A stretch of 64,000 nt of DNA from Erysipelotrichaceae bacterium (GTDB lineage Bacteria > Bacillota_I > Bacilli_A > Erysipelotrichales > Erysipelotrichaceae): contig JAZQIF010000117.1 of the NCBI GenBank assembly GCA_045540935.1, positions 875 to 64,874 on the forward strand, given 5' to 3'. Position 1 is the first letter of the stretch, and each line of letters begins with the position of its first letter. Positions 27,872 through 37,616 of this stretch are shown here, piece after piece. The translations under genes were made by a program, and so were the position numbers. The notes under the pieces were generated by a model that was not told where the DNA came from, ran no database searches, and saw only the letters and a program-made list of their open reading frames with translations.

Positions 27872-28552
27872 TTATTTGAGCAGACCGGTCAGAAGACCTA
27901 AGAGCTCAGTACCGTTGGACTGCTGCTGGGTCGGCTTGCTTCCGCCAAGCAGGGAACCTAATAATTCAAGGCCTGTGTTGGAGGACTGCTGCTGCTGGCT
28001 GCTTCCGCCGAGCAGGGAGCCTAATAAACCGGCTGCCGGGTTGGAGTTGACGTTGGAGACACTGCCGCCGCCAAGAAGACCCGCGATGTCGGAAAGATCG
28101 ATACCGTCAGAGAGATCGACTTTATTGGACTGCGGTTTTGCGGCAGTAGCTGTAGTAGCGGTGGATAAGCTGTTGAGAAGAGCCGGAGCGATCGCATTGA
28201 GGACGCTGTTGACTTCTTTTGAAGACAGACCTGTCTCTTTTGCCAGAGAGCTGATGACACTGTTCTGGTTCTTGCCTAAAATGTGAGCGATGATCTTTGC
28301 GCCGTCAGTTGAGTCAGCGTTGGAGATCTGCTGGGAGACTGTCTGTGTGCTGGTATGCTGGCTGAGAGCACCTAACAGGGAAGAAGCGCCTTCCTTCTTG
28401 GATGCGTTCTTTGTCAGGTAAGTGATCAGAAGAGGAACAGCCATCATCAGCAGTTTGGAAATGGAGCCGGATGAGACACCGGTCTTTTTGGAAGTCGCAT
28501 TGACGGAATCATTGGATGTCATTGCGCCGAGTAATAATTGTAAAAGATTCAT
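27872..28552 (-). CDS. DUF937 domain protein with C-terminal low-complexity repeats
   Basis: N-terminal LLQLLLGAM...KLLMMAVPLLITYL and ...SLLGALS blocks resemble DUF937. RBS AAGGAG upstream. Confidence 0.6.
   Translation of the reverse strand: MNLLQLLLGAMTSNDSVNATSKKTGVSSGSISKLLMMAVPLLITYLTKNASKKEGASSLLGALSQHTSTQTVSQQISNADSTDGAKIIAHILGKNQNSVISSLAKETGLSSKEVNSVLNAIAPALLNSLSTATTATAAKPQSNKVDLSDGIDLSDIAGLLGGGSVSNVNSNPAAGLLGSLLGGSSQQQQSSNTGLELLGSLLGGSKPTQQQSNGTELLGLLTGLLK
27917..28028. repeat. in-frame tandem 63-bp coding repeat (2 copies) inside the DUF937 gene
   Basis: gcttccgccaagcagggaacctaataa (from 27938) matches gcttccgccgagcagggagcctaataa (from 28001). Both encode LLGSLLGGS...QQQ units. 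Confidence 0.7.
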
Positions 28553-28704
28553 TATTCATTCTCCTTACTTTATTAATTCCATTTTACATCTTTTTTATTC
28601 TTCATTTTAATCAAATCTTTTTTACATTGTTACAAGCATTCTTTTTGAAAGATCATCATACATATTGAAACCTAATTGAACATAAAAAGTGATACTATTT
28701 TATT

Positions 28705-30441
28705 ATGTTCAAATTACTGAAGAAATATACCAAAGACGGCTGGTGGGCGGCCCTGCTGGGGCCGGTGTTCACCGCCTTGGAAGTTGCGGTCGATGCCCTG
28801 ATCCCGCTGGTGATGTCGGATATCATCGATAAAGGTATCTACGGCATGAACGGTGACATGGAATACATCTGGCAAAGAGGTGTCTACATGGTCATCCTGG
28901 CCCTGCTTGGCGCTTTGTTTGGCGCTCTGTCGGGACTTTTCTCTTCGATCGCTTCGACCAGATTCATCCGCAATATCCGTTTTGCGATGTTCTCCAAGAT
29001 CCAGGAATACAGCTTCGAGAATATCGAAAAGTATCCGGTACCGACGGTCGTCATGCGTCTGACGGCAGACATGCGTATGTTACGTATGGCCTATGTTTCG
29101 ATCGTCCGAATGCTGATACGAGCACCGATCAACCTGGTATTGTCGGCGTACTTCGTCTTCACGATGAATGCATCGTTAGCCAGCATATTCGCTGTCACGA
29201 TCCCGATCCTGGGCGTCGGTCTCATCATCATCTACACCAAGGCGCATCCGCGTTTCCGTCAGATGATGCTGAAGTTCGATGCGTTGGATGCAAACCTCGA
29301 AGAGAATATCGAAGGCATCCGTGTCGTCAAGACCTTCGTCAGAGAAGGCTATGAGACGGAGAAATTCGACAGGTCTTCGGAAAGTGTCATGAAGGCTCAG
29401 CGTTTTGCCGAAAAGATCGTCATCCTGAACCGTCCGTTTTTTGAGCTGGTCATGTATGCCTGCATGGTGATCATCGCCTGGGCAGGCGGCAAGGATGTCA
29501 TCGCCGGAACGATGAGCACCGGTAATTTCATGGCTTACATCTCCTATATCCGGGCGATCTTATTTGCCTTATTGATGATCTCCAATGTCTTCTTGCAGGT
29601 CGTCATGGCTCAGGCTTCGGTCGACCGTGCCAACGAGATCCTCGACGAGAGACCGAAAGTCACTGATGAAACTGCCGATCCGGAACTCAAGGTGGAGGAT
29701 GGTTCCATTGAATTTAAGAATGTCGCCTTCAAATATTCCGATGATGCGGAAAAAGACGTACTGAGCGATATCGATCTGTCGATCCGCTCGGGTGAAGTCA
29801 TCGGAATCTTAGGTCCGACCGGTTCATCCAAGTCCACACTGGTGCAGCTCATCCCGCGTCTTTATGATGTCGACCGCGGCGAAGTGCTGGTCGGCGGACA
29901 CAATGTCAAAGAATACAAGCTCGATCATCTGAGAGAAGCCGTAGCGATGGTCTTACAGAAGAACACGTTATTCTCCGGAACGATCGAAGAAAATATGAAA
30001 TGGGGCAACCCGGAGGCGACCCACGAAGAGATCGTCGAAGCCTGCAAGTATGCGCAGGCGGATGATTTCATTTCGCAGATGCCGAAAAAATATGAGACCG
30101 ATCTCGGACAGGGCGGTGTCAATGTTTCCGGCGGTCAGAAGCAGAGGCTCTGTATCGCCAGGGCACTTCTCAAACATCCGAAGATCATCATCCTGGATGA
30201 CTCGACCAGTGCGGTCGATACCGATACGGATCATCGCATCCAGCTGGCTTTAAAAGAAAAGCTCGGCGGCATGACGACGATCATCATCGCCCAGCGTGTG
30301 GCTTCCGTCAAAGAGGCGGACCGCATCATCATCATGAGCGAAGGAAAGATCCAGGATATCGGCAACCATGAGGACCTCATGGCAAGGAACGAAGTCTACC
30401 GCGATCTTTACAATACACAGATGGAAGGAGCACTGGAATAA
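28705..30441 (+). CDS. ABC exporter half-transporter, degenerate-site subunit
   Basis: Noncanonical Walker A GPTGSSKST, signature VSGGQKQR, Walker B IIILDDSTSAVD (no catalytic Glu). Confidence 0.9.
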   Translation: MFKLLKKYTKDGWWAALLGPVFTALEVAVDALIPLVMSDIIDKGIYGMNGDMEYIWQRGVYMVILALLGALFGALSGLFSSIASTRFIRNIRFAMFSKIQEYSFENIEKYPVPTVVMRLTADMRMLRMAYVSIVRMLIRAPINLVLSAYFVFTMNASLASIFAVTIPILGVGLIIIYTKAHPRFRQMMLKFDALDANLEENIEGIRVVKTFVREGYETEKFDRSSESVMKAQRFAEKIVILNRPFFELVMYACMVIIAWAGGKDVIAGTMSTGNFMAYISYIRAILFALLMISNVFLQVVMAQASVDRANEILDERPKVTDETADPELKVEDGSIEFKNVAFKYSDDAEKDVLSDIDLSIRSGEVIGILGPTGSSKSTLVQLIPRLYDVDRGEVLVGGHNVKEYKLDHLREAVAMVLQKNTLFSGTIEENMKWGNPEATHEEIVEACKYAQADDFISQMPKKYETDLGQGGVNVSGGQKQRLCIARALLKHPKIIILDDSTSAVDTDTDHRIQLALKEKLGGMTTIIIAQRVASVKEADRIIIMSEGKIQDIGNHEDLMARNEVYRDLYNTQMEGALE

Positions 30442-32330
30442 TGGCAGAAAATGGTTACAGACAGCTTCGTACATCGAAGGCAGATGATGTGCTGGGCACC
30501 ATCGGCAAGTGCTTCTCCTATATCGGCAAGCGCTACCGCCTGGCGTTCAGTGCGGCGATCGTTTTCACGATCCTTTCTTCTCTGACCGGTGTCATCTCGT
30601 CCTATCTGTTCACACCGATCTTAAATAACTATGTCGTCCCGTATATCGGACAGCAGAACCCCGATCTGAGCGGTTTCAGGAGGATGTTATTGGTGATGAT
30701 CAGCGTCTATGCGATCGGTCTGATCTCTTCCTACAGCTTCTCGAAACTGATGTCGATCGTTTCGACCGGTGTCCTCGACGATATGCGCAAAGACCTTTTC
30801 CGGGTCATGGAAAAACTGCCGGTGCGTTTCTTTGATTCAAGAACGCATGGCGAAGTCATGAACTACTACACCAACGACATCGATACCATCAGACCGATGC
30901 TGGCGGATGGCTTCCCGACGCTGATCACGACGATGATCACGCTGATCGGCTGTTACGCGTTCATGTTTTCACTCAATGTACGTCTCACGCTGATCATGGT
31001 GGTCGTGCTGGTCATCATGTTCCTGGCGACCTACATCCTGGCGAAGGGCTCACGCAAGACTTTTGCCGGCTTACAGAGACAGATCTCCAACATCAACGGT
31101 TATACCCAAGAGATGTTCTCCGGCCAGAAGGTCATCAAGGTCTTCAATCACGAAAAAGAGACGATCGAAGGTTTCAAAGCTTTCAATGAGAAGCTCTATG
31201 ATTATTCGCTTCGTTCCAATGCCTATGCCTCGATGCTGATGCCGATCAACGGCAACCTGGGCTATATCGCTTATGCGATCGTTGCGGTCGTCGGCGGACG
31301 CATGTGCATCGACGGCCAGATGAGGATCGGCGATCTCGCATCCTTCCTGCTGTTCGTAAGACAGTTTGCCGGACCGATCTCCAACCTCTCCCAGCAGTTC
31401 AACGGCATCATGATGTCGCTGGCCGGTGCCGAGAGAGTCTTCGATCTGATGGACAAGGAAGCGGAACTTGACTATGGCATCATCGAACTGGTCAATGTGG
31501 AAGAAGGCAAGGAGGAACTCGTCGAGACCAATGAAAAGACTTCCCGCTGGGCGTGGAAGATCCCGATCGATCCTCCGAAATACGTAGAACTTAAAGGTGA
31601 CATCCGTCTGAACAATGTCACGTTCCGTTACACGGAAGGCAAGGACATCTTAAAAGATATCTCCTTATATGCTAATCCGGGTCAGAAGATCGCATTCGTC
31701 GGTTCGACCGGTGCAGGCAAGACGACGATCACCAACCTGATCAACCGCTTTTATGATGTGGAAGACCAGGAAGGCATGATCACTTTCGACGGCATCCCGA
31801 TCAAGGAGATCAGGAAAGATGATCTCAGGCGTTCTGTCGGTGTCGTTTTACAGGATACCAATCTTTTCTCCGGCACGATCATGGACAATATCCGTTACGG
31901 ACGGCTCGATGCGACTGATGAAGAATGCATCGCGGCTGCCAGGATCTCCAACGCCAACTCGTTCATCGAACGTCTGCCGCACGGCTACCAGACGATGCTG
32001 TCGGCCAACGGTTCCAACCTCTCGCAGGGGCAGAGGCAGCTGCTCAATATCGCCAGATGTGCTGTTGCCGATCCGCCGGTCATGGTCCTGGATGAAGCGA
32101 CTTCGTCCATCGATACCCATACCGAGAAGCTGATCGAGAAGGGTATGGATGAGCTCATGAAGGGCAGAACGACCTTCGTCATCGCCCATCGTCTTTCGAC
32201 GGTCCGCAATGCCAATGCGATCATCGTCCTGGAACACGGGCAGATCGTCGAACGCGGCGACCACGAATCGCTGATCGCGCAGAAGGGCAGATATTATCAG
32301 CTGTATACCGGTAAGGCGCAGCTTGATTAA
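30441..32330 (+). CDS. ABC exporter half-transporter, consensus-site subunit
   Basis: Walker A GSTGAGKTT, Walker B VMVLDEATSSID, altered signature LSQGQRQL. TAATG overlap with its partner. Confidence 0.9.
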   Translation: MAENGYRQLRTSKADDVLGTIGKCFSYIGKRYRLAFSAAIVFTILSSLTGVISSYLFTPILNNYVVPYIGQQNPDLSGFRRMLLVMISVYAIGLISSYSFSKLMSIVSTGVLDDMRKDLFRVMEKLPVRFFDSRTHGEVMNYYTNDIDTIRPMLADGFPTLITTMITLIGCYAFMFSLNVRLTLIMVVVLVIMFLATYILAKGSRKTFAGLQRQISNINGYTQEMFSGQKVIKVFNHEKETIEGFKAFNEKLYDYSLRSNAYASMLMPINGNLGYIAYAIVAVVGGRMCIDGQMRIGDLASFLLFVRQFAGPISNLSQQFNGIMMSLAGAERVFDLMDKEAELDYGIIELVNVEEGKEELVETNEKTSRWAWKIPIDPPKYVELKGDIRLNNVTFRYTEGKDILKDISLYANPGQKIAFVGSTGAGKTTITNLINRFYDVEDQEGMITFDGIPIKEIRKDDLRRSVGVVLQDTNLFSGTIMDNIRYGRLDATDEECIAAARISNANSFIERLPHGYQTMLSANGSNLSQGQRQLLNIARCAVADPPVMVLDEATSSIDTHTEKLIEKGMDELMKGRTTFVIAHRLSTVRNANAIIVLEHGQIVERGDHESLIAQKGRYYQLYTGKAQLD

Positions 32331-32337
32331 AAGTTAG

Positions 32338-32365
32338 TTGAATCTGCGCGAAAAAGATGTAAAAT
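32338..32365 (+). promoter_or_regulatory. promoter of tRNA-Pro
   Basis: -35 TTGAAT, 16-nt spacer, -10 TAAAAT, about 25 nt upstream of the tRNA 5' end. Confidence 0.45.
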
Positions 32366-32391
32366 AGAATATGCACAAAAGAATATGACTT

Positions 32392-32468
32392 CAGGATGTA
32401 GCTCAGCTTGGTGGAGCGCTTGCTTCGGGTGTAAGAGGTCAAGGGTTCGAATCCCTTCATCCTGACCA
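32392..32468 (+). tRNA. tRNA-Pro (anticodon CGG), CCA encoded
   Basis: Hand-folded cloverleaf. Acceptor CAGGATG/CATCCTG. D arm GCTC-AGCTTGGTG-GAGC. Anticodon arm CTTGC-TTCGGGT-GTAAG. T arm AAGGG-TTCGAAT-CCCTT. Discriminator A plus CCA. 77 nt. Confidence 0.9.
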
Positions 32469-32521
32469 TATTCTTTTTTGTTTTGTATAATAGAAATGTA
32501 TATAAAAATGGAGATGAAAAT

Positions 32522-33364
32522 ATGTCAAAGACCGGTTTAGTCTTAGAGGGCGGCGGGCTTCGCGGCGTATTCACCGGCGGAGTCATCGACTGTTTTCTGG
32601 ATAAAAATATAAAATTCGATTATGTGGTCGGTGTTTCGGCAGGTTCCTGCAACCTGTTTGCGTATGTGGGAAAACGCAGAGGCTATGCCCGTGCCTGCAT
32701 GATACAGAAAGACCGTTCCAATTCGTTCTGGGGCGTTCCGCAGATGATCGAGTCCCACAAGTTCGTCGATCTCGATAAGATCTTTTATGAGTACACGGAA
32801 CAGTATGGTTTCGATTTCGATACCTTTATCAATAACCCGCAGGATTGGGAGATGGTAGTCTCCAATATCCTGACCGGTCAGGCGGAGTACATGCATACCG
32901 ATGACATCGAGACATCCAGGCTCATCGGCAAGGCATCCTGCTCGATGCCGGGTCTTACCGAACCGGTAGCGATCGGTGACCAGTTATATATGGATGGCGG
33001 GATCTGTGATTCGATCCCGGTACAGAGAGCTTTGGATCAGGGCTGCGACAAGCTGGTCGTGATCCTGACCCGCAAGAAGGGCAACTATTCCCACATCAAT
33101 GAGGCCACTCTGGCGCTGTTCCGAAGGATCTATGGAAAGTATCCGAACTTCCTGAAGGCTTTGGAGAACCGTACAAAACTCTATCGCGATCAGGTCGGAC
33201 TTGCCGAGGAACTCGAACGGCAGGGCAAAGCTATCATCATCCGTCCTTCCATGAAGGAAGTCAGCAGACTCGAGTCCAATGAAGACGAACTGCTGATGTC
33301 CTATTACCACGGCTATACCAAGGCCAAAGAATACATCGATCGTATCTCTCAGCTGAAAGAATGA
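32522..33364 (+). CDS. patatin-like phospholipase
   Basis: Oxyanion GGGLRG, nucleophile elbow GVSAGS, and the catalytic Asp in MDGGICD. The start is chosen at MSKTGLVLEGGG. Confidence 0.85.
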   Translation: MSKTGLVLEGGGLRGVFTGGVIDCFLDKNIKFDYVVGVSAGSCNLFAYVGKRRGYARACMIQKDRSNSFWGVPQMIESHKFVDLDKIFYEYTEQYGFDFDTFINNPQDWEMVVSNILTGQAEYMHTDDIETSRLIGKASCSMPGLTEPVAIGDQLYMDGGICDSIPVQRALDQGCDKLVVILTRKKGNYSHINEATLALFRRIYGKYPNFLKALENRTKLYRDQVGLAEELERQGKAIIIRPSMKEVSRLESNEDELLMSYYHGYTKAKEYIDRISQLKE

Positions 33365-34335
33365 AAAAAGAAAGAAGCACATTTCCGATATTCCTGTATG
33401 CCGCAGCTTTCATGCTGACACTTTTGCTGGTGCTGGGGATCCTGACTTCTTTCAAGACCGGAATATCGCTTTTTAATAAGGAGGTAATGGCTGTTTTGTC
33501 TTCGATCTTCATGATTTCCTTATTCATCCTGGGCATCCTTGCTCTGTCAGTTTTTCTTGCGGCCATCTTCATGGGCAAAAAGACGCCTTCTTCAGGCGGC
33601 AGTACCCTGATCAAAGACGGCACGCTTCGTTATGACGGCAAAGACGAAAAAGGCAGAAAGAAAAAAGTCACGATCGATATCTCAAAGATCGATAAGTTCC
33701 TTACGGAGTATTCCGAATTGTATATGATCAAAGACACCAGGCTCTTCAAGGAAGACAAGAAGGCCAGGGCAAATGCCAATACGCTGATGGTCATGCTGCC
33801 GGACGAGAAAAAGATGTCTTTGTATGAACTGTCAAAATCAGACAAGGAACTCTATGATCAGATCTGCCGCTTCTTAGACCGCATCAAAAACAAGGACAGC
33901 ATCGATCTCTCTTTCCGCATGCGCAAGTATGCGGCGGAAGAAGACCTCGTCTTATCCGGCCAGCAGACGGCAGAAAAGCTGAAGCTCCTTGCCAGAAAAG
34001 TCAAAGCCCGCGAAGTCAAGGAAAAGGTCAATGATACGGCCGATCGCATCATCAGAAATCAGGAATACATCTACGACAATTCCGATAAGCTGAGAAAGCT
34101 CTATGACCACTATCTGCCGATGCTCATACAGATCGTGTCGGATTACATCACGATGGAGGGGCACGATAAAAAACTGGTGGATCTTTCTTCTTCCAAGGGG
34201 CGTCTGATGGATACACTCAAGCTGATCGATTCGGTCTTTGTCTCCTTTGAAAAAGATGAGGATCCCGAGGGTCTTGACCTTCTGGATGCCGATGTCGTAA
34301 AAGTAAACGCTTTACTTGAGAAAAACGGAAAATAA
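33361..34335 (+). CDS. membrane-anchored coiled-coil protein, XpaC-like (5-bromo-4-chloroindolyl phosphate hydrolysis protein family)
   Basis: Two N-terminal TM helices. The C-terminal LRKLYDHYLPMLIQIVSDYITME...DLLDADV pattern resembles XpaC/PF10112 from memory. ATGA overlap with the patatin gene. Confidence 0.4.
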   Translation: MKKERSTFPIFLYAAAFMLTLLLVLGILTSFKTGISLFNKEVMAVLSSIFMISLFILGILALSVFLAAIFMGKKTPSSGGSTLIKDGTLRYDGKDEKGRKKKVTIDISKIDKFLTEYSELYMIKDTRLFKEDKKARANANTLMVMLPDEKKMSLYELSKSDKELYDQICRFLDRIKNKDSIDLSFRMRKYAAEEDLVLSGQQTAEKLKLLARKVKAREVKEKVNDTADRIIRNQEYIYDNSDKLRKLYDHYLPMLIQIVSDYITMEGHDKKLVDLSSSKGRLMDTLKLIDSVFVSFEKDEDPEGLDLLDADVVKVNALLEKNGK

Positions 34336-34342
34336 AGTGATG

Positions 34343-34370
34343 AAAAAGTGACGATTTATGTCGCTTTTTT
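34343..34370 (+). terminator. intrinsic terminator
   Basis: AAAAGTGAC-gatttat-GTCGCTTTT stem with a T-run. Confidence 0.6.
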
Positions 34371-34420
34371 ATTTAAGAAATATATAATGGATTTTAGTTT
34401 CGAAAAAAGGAGATTTAACT

Positions 34421-35839
34421 ATGATCGGAAAACAGACCAAGATCATCTGTACCCTCGGACCTGCTTCGGACAGTTATGAGACGATCCTGAAGATGGCCCA
34501 GGAGGGAATGAATATCGTCCGACTGAACTTTTCCCATGGCACGCATGACGAACATCTTGCCAGGATCAATACAGTCAGAAAAGTAGAGAAAGAAAACGGG
34601 ATCAACCTGGGTATCATGCTGGATACCAAGGGACCGGAGATCCGTTTAGGTACATTCAAGAATGATGTCGAGACTTACCAGAAGGGTGAGATCGTTACGA
34701 TACAAAGAGAAGACATCGAAGGAACTCACGATCGTTTCACGATCCAGTGCAAGGAGATCTTCGACGATGTCGTCCCGGGCAACTACATCTTAGTCAATGA
34801 CGGCAAACAGAAACTGACCGTCTTGGAGAATGATGGCAAAGAGATCAAGGCGAGAGTCGAGGTCAACGGCCAGCTGGCTTCCAAGAAGGGCTGCAATGTG
34901 CCGGGCGTCAAACTGTCGATGCCATTCGTTTCTTTGAAGGATGACGAAGATATCCGTTTCGGATGCAACAATGATGTCGATTTCATCGCCGCTTCCTTCG
35001 TCAGAAGAGCGGAAGATGTCATGAAGATCCGTAAGATCATCACCGAGATGGGTAAGCCGAAGATCCAGATCATCGCCAAGATCGAAAACCAGGAAGGTTT
35101 CGATAACCTCGATGAGATCTTAGAGGCGGCAGATGGCGTCATGGTCGCCAGAGGTGACTTGGGCGTCGAAGTCGAAACGGCTTTCGTTCCGATCTACCAG
35201 AAGAAGATCATCGAACTGGCCAACAAGAAAGGCAAGGCCGTCATCACGGCGACCCACATGCTGGACTCCATGACTTCCAATCCGCGCTGTACCAGAGCGG
35301 AAGCGTCCGATGTTTCCAATGCGGTGCTCGACGGAAGCGATGCGGTCATGTTATCGGCAGAAACGGCAGCGGGAGAATATCCGGTGGAAGCTGTCTCGAC
35401 GATGGCCAAGATCGCTGCGGCGACCGAACAGATCATCCCTTACAGAGAGAACCTCGAACATGCCAAGGTTTCCAACAACAAGACCATTCAGGATGCCATC
35501 GGTATCGCGATCTCCGATGCGACTCTGACTCTGGATATCGCGGCGATCGTCGTCTTCACACAGGGAGGCACCACCGCCAGACGTATCTCGAAGTATCGTC
35601 CGCCGGTACCAATCTTCGCAGTCACGTTCACCAAGTCCACCCAGGGCAAGCTGGAAGTTTACTGGGGCGTCAAGCCGATCTTCTCTTACGTTCAGAACAA
35701 CATGACCAACGACGACGAACTAGCTTCTTCCGTCGTGAAATCCTATGGCATCAAGCCGGGTTCCCAGATCATCCTTTCCGCCGGTTATCCGACAGGCGAG
35801 GGTTCTGCCAACTTCATGAAGATCATCACCGTCAAATAG
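34421..35839 (+). CDS. pyk: pyruvate kinase
   Basis: KIICTLGPAS...MNIVRLNFSHG...MVARGDLGVE...TQMLxSM-like blocks. 472 aa. Confidence 0.93.
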   Translation: MIGKQTKIICTLGPASDSYETILKMAQEGMNIVRLNFSHGTHDEHLARINTVRKVEKENGINLGIMLDTKGPEIRLGTFKNDVETYQKGEIVTIQREDIEGTHDRFTIQCKEIFDDVVPGNYILVNDGKQKLTVLENDGKEIKARVEVNGQLASKKGCNVPGVKLSMPFVSLKDDEDIRFGCNNDVDFIAASFVRRAEDVMKIRKIITEMGKPKIQIIAKIENQEGFDNLDEILEAADGVMVARGDLGVEVETAFVPIYQKKIIELANKKGKAVITATHMLDSMTSNPRCTRAEASDVSNAVLDGSDAVMLSAETAAGEYPVEAVSTMAKIAAATEQIIPYRENLEHAKVSNNKTIQDAIGIAISDATLTLDIAAIVVFTQGGTTARRISKYRPPVPIFAVTFTKSTQGKLEVYWGVKPIFSYVQNNMTNDDELASSVVKSYGIKPGSQIILSAGYPTGEGSANFMKIITVK

Positions 35840-35843
35840 TTTC

Positions 35844-35871
35844 AAAAGCCATATTGAAGTATGGCTTTTTT
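35844..35871 (+). terminator. intrinsic terminator
   Basis: AGCCATA-ttgaag-TATGGCT followed by TTTTT. Confidence 0.8.
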
Positions 35872-35915
35872 CATGCGGGTGATAGAATAAAGGTAAGGAG
35901 AGTTTTAGATAATAT

Positions 35916-37109
35916 ATGAAAATTGGTGTTTATTATGCCGTTCCAGCTACGGCAGCTGCCGAGATCGCCAATGGCGGTAATTTCCCTTGGCTGAAGAAGC
36001 TGAGCGAGGAAACGGGTTTTGAATTTGAAGTGACCGATGTCGATCACATCAATGACTATGATATGGTCGTCGATTTCATCGGCGGCGGCGGTACGGAAGG
36101 CATCTTCAAGAGAGATATGGACAAGCTTCCGCAGCCTTACTTCCTTTTAACGACCGGAGCCAACAACTCCCTGGCAGCTTCCATGGAGATCCTTTCCTAC
36201 CTGCGTCAGAACGACCTTCCGGGTGAGATCATCCACGGCAGCGATGACTTCGTCGTATCCAGGATCAAAGAACTCGCGCAGGTCTTCAAGGCTAAGAAGA
36301 GACTTGACGGTTTCAAGGTCGCCAGAGTCGGCGAACCTTCCGACTGGCTGATCTCCTCCAGTGTCGATGCGAAGGAGTCCAAAGAATACAACAACATCGA
36401 GATCATCGATGTCACGATGGAAGAGTTCTTTGAAGAGATCGCAAAGAAAGAATATGTTGAAAACGAATATACGAAGCTCATCAAGTCCAAGGGCTATGAC
36501 GAACATGAGATCGAAGAAGCTTTATACATCTACGGTGCTTTAAGAAGGATCGTCGATAAGTATGAACTCAACGGCATCACTGTCAGATGTTTCGATCTTC
36601 TTGATACCGTTCATTCCACAGGCTGTGCCGCTCTGGCCATCCTGAATGCGGCGGGTATCTACGCATCCTGCGAAGGCGATGTCCCGGCGCTGTTATCGAT
36701 GGCTGTCATCGGTGAACTTTCCGAAAAGCCGGTCTTCATGGCCAATCCTTCCAGGATCGATACCGACAACAACGAGATCATCTTTGCCCATTGCACACTT
36801 CCGATCAACATGCCTTCCAGCTTCGAGATCATGACCCACTTTGAGTCACAGATCGGTGTCGCGTTCCGCGGCAAGCTGAAAGAAGGTCCGGTCACGGTCT
36901 TCAAGTGTGACGGTCTGCTGAATGAATTCTTCGTATCCAAGGCAGAACTTCTGGAGAACTTGAGCTTATTCAACCTCTGCCGTACGCAGATCCGTCTCAA
37001 GATGGATCATCCGGTCTCTTACTTCCTGACCGAATCGATCGGCAACCACCATCTGATCGTGGAAGGCGATTACGCCAAACTGGTCGAAGAATTTTTCAAG
37101 TGGTTATAA
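35916..37109 (+). CDS. uncharacterised FucI/AraA-like sugar isomerase superfamily protein
   Basis: The central block VRCFDLLDTVHSTGCAALAILNAAGIYASCEGDVPALLSM...FAHC resembles the catalytic domain of the L-fucose/L-arabinose isomerase-like family (COG2407-type). The assignment is tentative. Confidence 0.4.
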   Translation: MKIGVYYAVPATAAAEIANGGNFPWLKKLSEETGFEFEVTDVDHINDYDMVVDFIGGGGTEGIFKRDMDKLPQPYFLLTTGANNSLAASMEILSYLRQNDLPGEIIHGSDDFVVSRIKELAQVFKAKKRLDGFKVARVGEPSDWLISSSVDAKESKEYNNIEIIDVTMEEFFEEIAKKEYVENEYTKLIKSKGYDEHEIEEALYIYGALRRIVDKYELNGITVRCFDLLDTVHSTGCAALAILNAAGIYASCEGDVPALLSMAVIGELSEKPVFMANPSRIDTDNNEIIFAHCTLPINMPSSFEIMTHFESQIGVAFRGKLKEGPVTVFKCDGLLNEFFVSKAELLENLSLFNLCRTQIRLKMDHPVSYFLTESIGNHHLIVEGDYAKLVEEFFKWL

Positions 37110-37130
37110 AGCTGCTTAGGGAGAAAGAAA

Positions 37131-37568
37131 ATGTCGAATGAAGAACTGATCGCACTGGCCTTCGAAGCCAGAGAGAAAGCATACGCCCCGTATTCCAACT
37201 GGAAAGTCGGAGCAGCCCTGCTGTGCAAAGACGGTACGGTCTACAAAGGATGCAATATCGAAAACAGCGGTTTCACTTCGACCATCTGCGCCGAACGGAC
37301 AGCCTTTTTCAAGGCGATCTCCGAGGGCGTATATGACTTTGAAAAGATCGCGATCGTCGGCGGCGATGCCGACAGGGGCTCAGAGGGTTACTGCACGCCT
37401 TGCGGTGTCTGCCGGCAGGTGATGTCCGAGTTCTGCAAGCCGGATGAGTTCAGGATCATCTGTGCCAAGTCGGAAAACGAATACCACGAATTCACGCTCA
37501 GACAGATGCTACCGGAATGTAACTTCATCGCGGAAGCGGATGACGGTTACGGATTCAAAGCCAACTGA
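37131..37568 (+). CDS. cdd: cytidine deaminase
   Basis: Zinc motifs CAERTAF and CTPCGVCRQ. 145 aa. No terminator separates it from the upstream FucI-like gene. Confidence 0.88.
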   Translation: MSNEELIALAFEAREKAYAPYSNWKVGAALLCKDGTVYKGCNIENSGFTSTICAERTAFFKAISEGVYDFEKIAIVGGDADRGSEGYCTPCGVCRQVMSEFCKPDEFRIICAKSENEYHEFTLRQMLPECNFIAEADDGYGFKAN

Positions 37569-37573
37569 ACATG

Positions 37574-37614
37574 AAAAAAGATCATGCGCTCCAAATGGGA
37601 CACATGATCTTTTC
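37574..37614. terminator. bidirectional terminator between cdd and the nucleoside hydrolase gene
   Basis: A-run, AGATCATG, 16-nt loop, CATGATCT, T-run. Confidence 0.65.
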
Positions 37615-37616
37615 TT

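Noticed and set aside
27831-28286. 151-aa + strand ORF overlapping the DUF937 gene.
   Set aside because: It is a Pro/Leu/Arg-rich translation of the complement of a repetitive Leu/Gly/Ser/Gln coding region and has no RBS. The minus-strand gene has a strong AAGGAG RBS and a DUF937-like N-terminus.
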